From the IMG/VR virus record IMGVR_UViG_3300031414_000001, positions 112,437 through 176,436 of that record: a stretch of 64,000 nt of DNA; one strand, given 5' to 3'. Within the stretch, counting starts at the first letter, position 1. Every line of letters begins with the position of its first letter. The DNA comes from a virus (taxonomy: Duplodnaviria; Heunggongvirae; Uroviricota; Caudoviricetes). The notes below the pieces were generated by a model. That model was not told the origin of the DNA. It worked only from the letters and a program-made list of their open reading frames with translations, and searched no databases. The position numbers and the translations under genes were made by a program. Positions 61,145 to 64,000 of the stretch are shown here, one piece after another.

Positions 61145-61489
61145 TTAGCTCTCAGTGTCAGTTTCATCTTCAGCTTGTACACCAGTATCGCGGTCGATCT
61201 TAGTGCGTTTCCCTTTCGCAGTGCGGAATTGGGATTCCAGCTTAGCTACCATGAGGTCAATACCTTTATACATGTCATTATCGACAACGTGAGCATCGTA
61301 CTGAACACCATCGAACGTACCATGAGAATGTACTTTAAATGAAGTACCCTCTTTCGAGTAAGTTGTACGGAAGTCTACTGGATTTTCACCAACAAACTTT
61401 TCCAACTTATCGAACGCATCAATTGTGTGGATTTCCAGTTCTTCTGACACAGCAATGTTGTCATTATAAACAATAGTATGATTGAACAT
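61145..61489 (-). CDS. hpf: Ribosome hibernation promoting factor (HPF/RaiA, S30AE family)
   Basis: 'NIAVSEELE......FDKLEKF' and 'DMYKGIDLMVAKLESQFRTAKGK' match the HPF helices. Confidence 0.8.
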   Translation of the reverse strand: MFNHTIVYNDNIAVSEELEIHTIDAFDKLEKFVGENPVDFRTTYSKEGTSFKVHSHGTFDGVQYDAHVVDNDMYKGIDLMVAKLESQFRTAKGKRTKIDRDTGVQAEDETDTES

Positions 61490-61515
61490 AAAAGTACTCC
61501 CTTGTAATTGTACCA

Positions 61516-62460
61516 TCAAAGACTACTCAATAGCATATCAACACGGCCTGAGCCAACTTGTGTATACCATAAAGAGTTCTTGATTTCTTTTTTGAATTTA
61601 CGAGAATTACTATTTTCTACACTTTTCCAGAGTTTGTTAAACTTAGCGAGCTTATCAGCACCCATAGTGTAAGTCATCTCGTAAAGTACTCGCTGCTGGT
61701 CAGCAGTTAAATCAATCGCACGTTTACGTTGAAGTAATAGGACGAAATCATCCATTGTGCGTTTCATATCCTCAATTAAGAGGTTATGTGCTTGACCTTT
61801 TGAAATACCATTACGATACTTCGCAGCTTCTTTTTCGCCCTTACCAATGTAGTGACCGTAACCAATAGTAAAATTACCAGTACTGTCACGATATGGGTAG
61901 AACTTTCCATTTTTGAAAGATGGACCAACTTTACCGCCAAGTAAACGCCGTTTTAATACAGCTTGGGATTCACTTGTTCCTTCTGCTTTTTTGAGATGAT
62001 TAACGACTTCTTCATCATGAACATCGAATTGTAGTTCAATATTCGGCAAAGTTACGTCTTTCAAATCTTCCGCATTAGGAAGGTCAAACAATGTATCAGG
62101 ATGCATCACAGCTTCCTTATTAACCACTTTTAGTACTTTTACGTACTCGTTAACTTCAACGTTTAATGGTTTTATTTTGTTCGCAATAGTCCACAGACTA
62201 TCACCACTCAGTACTTTGTATTGCTTTCTGCTATCAGTTGCTTCAGGTTGAACAGGTTTAATCTGAGCTACTGGCGGTTGCTTTTGAATTGTTAATTGTG
62301 GTTCTTGTTGTACTACCACCACTGTTTCAACAGTAGCCGATGATGTAGTACGATCATGTGAGTTAAAACCTAATCCAAATGCAGCGGCAAGCAACAGAAA
62401 ACCTACTAGGATATTTTTCAATCCAGCACGAGTCTTGAGTTCTTGTATCGCTTTATACAA
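61516..62460 (-). CDS. Membrane-anchored LysM + T4-type lysozyme
   Basis: N-terminal hydrophobic helix; LysM 'YKVLSGDSLWTIA'; 'AEG...YRDSTGNFTIGYGH...NSLWYTQVG.GR'; TTG start after AGGAGG. Confidence 0.85.
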   Translation of the reverse strand: MYKAIQELKTRAGLKNILVGFLLLAAAFGLGFNSHDRTTSSATVETVVVVQQEPQLTIQKQPPVAQIKPVQPEATDSRKQYKVLSGDSLWTIANKIKPLNVEVNEYVKVLKVVNKEAVMHPDTLFDLPNAEDLKDVTLPNIELQFDVHDEEVVNHLKKAEGTSESQAVLKRRLLGGKVGPSFKNGKFYPYRDSTGNFTIGYGHYIGKGEKEAAKYRNGISKGQAHNLLIEDMKRTMDDFVLLLQRKRAIDLTADQQRVLYEMTYTMGADKLAKFNKLWKSVENSNSRKFKKEIKNSLWYTQVGSGRVDMLLSSL

Positions 62461-62573
62461 AATTCCTCCTTATTACACATTTTGAATGCTTCTTCTGCGT
62501 AATAAGGACAAATCTATGATGCGACCTTATTTGCACAAAGTCGCCTTTTGGACTTTCTACAATAGTACGAATA

Positions 62574-63152
62574 CTACTTCGAAGTTTTTTCTGTTCTTAC
62601 AGTGAACAGCCTATCTATGTCATACATTTTAAGCTGTTTCTGCGAGGCTGTCAAGGATATTGACCCTAATGTGTCAAGATCACAGCCATTAATTCCAACA
62701 CTCATAAATTCATCCAGACACTGGAGCATATGAGGTGGAACGTATTCAACAAGTATAGAATGATATTTATCGTTCGTCAAGGCGAAATTCAGCAAGGTTT
62801 GATCTACCTCACAAAAACCGTCCAGTACTGCTTGTGACACGATAGATTTAAACCATTCTTGGTTCTCGTCATCTTCAGGTTTAGCAAGTATGCTTGCTTC
62901 AATAACGTTCGGTACAGTGATTGTTCCTCGTATTTCTAAACGAAGTTCATGTATTGCGAAACGTGTTAAACTTACATATCTTTTATTCCTGAGAATATTC
63001 ATCTGCGATTCGTGTAAAAACGATAACGCAGATGAATATGTATCAAATCTTCTGCCATTAACGGAATTAACTACATTCCCACTAGCAGAGATCAATTCTA
63101 CAAATTGTCCGTTTTTAAGATCACGGATTTTGTAAACAACATCGTTAGTCAT
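62574..63152 (-). CDS. Hypothetical protein
   Basis: ORF overlapping the upstream gene's stop. Confidence 0.55.
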   Translation of the reverse strand: MTNDVVYKIRDLKNGQFVELISASGNVVNSVNGRRFDTYSSALSFLHESQMNILRNKRYVSLTRFAIHELRLEIRGTITVPNVIEASILAKPEDDENQEWFKSIVSQAVLDGFCEVDQTLLNFALTNDKYHSILVEYVPPHMLQCLDEFMSVGINGCDLDTLGSISLTASQKQLKMYDIDRLFTVRTEKTSK

Positions 63153-63570
63153 AATAGGTTCGACCAATAGTTATGTGGAAATCACGATACACTGGTAAAC
63201 CTAACTCACGACGAATGTCAGATAGTTCTGGACATTCAAAGTTGATTACATAGAAGCTCCCACTCTTTTTCTTATCCTTAACTTCTACAACATTAGGATA
63301 AAATCGGAATTTGAATTTCTGTTTGTGATACTTTTTCCACAGATGAATATGCTCGTCATCTGGTTTTTCCCCACGAATAATACTTACGTGAGCACCCCAG
63401 GCTGGCATTTCAAGATGAATGTGTTTGTCTGTACGAAGAAAGTACTGATAGTATCGTACCAAATCATTTGGTAATTGAAGCACACACCAGTACTGAGTTC
63501 GCGTTTTCATGTCTTTCCGGTCAGGGTCGTATTCAAGATACCCTTCCAGTTCGATATATTCAGTAGTCAT
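63145..63570 (-). CDS. 2H phosphoesterase-family protein
   Basis: Two Hx[ST] motifs, AHVSII and FHITIG, about 70 aa apart. Confidence 0.7.
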   Translation of the reverse strand: MTTEYIELEGYLEYDPDRKDMKTRTQYWCVLQLPNDLVRYYQYFLRTDKHIHLEMPAWGAHVSIIRGEKPDDEHIHLWKKYHKQKFKFRFYPNVVEVKDKKKSGSFYVINFECPELSDIRRELGLPVYRDFHITIGRTYYD

Positions 63571-63595
63571 GATGCACCTCAAGTTAATTAAAATC

Positions 63596-63624
63596 AGTGT
63601 AGCACATCAGTTCTTGCGTGTCAA
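63596..63624 (-). promoter_or_regulatory. Sigma70 promoter
   Basis: TTGACA-17 nt-TACACT with TGTGC before the -10. Confidence 0.7.
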
Positions 63625-63765
63625 TTAAAGACCGAAGATTTTTGCTACAGATATGACAAAGCCAGCAGCTACGATAGTGCCAACAGTTGTTAGGATAGGA
63701 TTAACGGCGAACGATGTTTTGTACATCATTACAAAGCCTAAGAAGTGATTTCGGATAGTTTTCAT
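63625..63765 (-). CDS. Small membrane protein (46 aa; absent from ORF track)
   Basis: MKTIRNHFLGFVMMYKTSFAVNPILTTVGTIVAAGFVISVAKIFGL*; AAGGA SD. Confidence 0.6.
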   Translation of the reverse strand: MKTIRNHFLGFVMMYKTSFAVNPILTTVGTIVAAGFVISVAKIFGL

Positions 63766-63783
63766 ATTAATTCCTTTTAAATG

Positions 63784-63809
63784 AAAAAGCCCCACCGAAG
63801 TGAGGCTTT
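63784..63809 (-). terminator. Intrinsic terminator with UUCG loop
   Basis: aagcctcac-ttcg-gtggggcttttt on minus strand. Confidence 0.85.
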
Positions 63810-63822
63810 ATAGTACTGGCTA

Positions 63823-63999
63823 TTAACCAAGTACTTGATAACGTGGTGCGTCGATTACGCGGAGCATAACCTTCACTGGATCTACATCCTCACCGCTCAG
63901 AATTGCTTCCAGAACGCTTGGAGAGAAACCACTTACCAGAGCTACGTTGTTCTGGTCGAAACGAACAGGGTTGTTACCCGGACGTGCGTTAAGGTTCCA
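63823..63999 (-). CDS. C-terminus of DUF2828-like (TROVE/vWA-related) protein, truncated by window
   Basis: Manual translation WNLNARPGNNPVRFDQNNVALVSGFSPSVLEAILSGEDVDPVKVMLRVIDAPRYQVLG*. Confidence 0.65.
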   Translation of the reverse strand, partial: WNLNARPGNNPVRFDQNNVALVSGFSPSVLEAILSGEDVDPVKVMLRVIDAPRYQVLG

Positions 64000-64000
64000 G

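Noticed and set aside
62500-62570. Known riboswitch or tRNA in the lysozyme leader
   Set aside because: No cloverleaf, and no match by eye to riboswitch consensus sequences; kept only as a generic structured leader.

Overview
64 kb segment of an AT-rich (roughly 35-37% GC by eye) jumbo myovirus with T4-related morphogenesis genes. Gene content and order resemble enterobacterial jumbo phages of the RaK2/GAP32/CBB type; this assignment is inference and was not searched. The left ~37 kb carries baseplate and tail genes (hub, gp5-like spike-lysozyme, free lysozyme, gp25, gp6, a 3.3k-aa structural protein, gp14, gp15, tail fibres), interrupted by a ClpA-like chaperone on the opposite strand. The right ~27 kb is all minus strand: thyA, a MoxR-AAA/vWA-metallopeptidase pair, acidic putative head-core proteins, gp4, three tail-tube paralogues, sheath, dNMP kinase and gp13. 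It ends in a dense RNA/translation-maintenance cluster (Pth2-like, macrodomain, YqeY, glutaredoxin, NUDIX, CCA-adding enzyme, HPF, 2H phosphoesterase, DUF2828-like). Two promoter classes (T4-like late (A)TAAATA and a phage-specific sigma70-like class) and many intrinsic terminators are visible. The most unexpected signal is a window-wide excess of the palindrome AGTACT in all reading frames and in intergenic DNA. No tRNA, rRNA, CRISPR array or mobile element could be supported.
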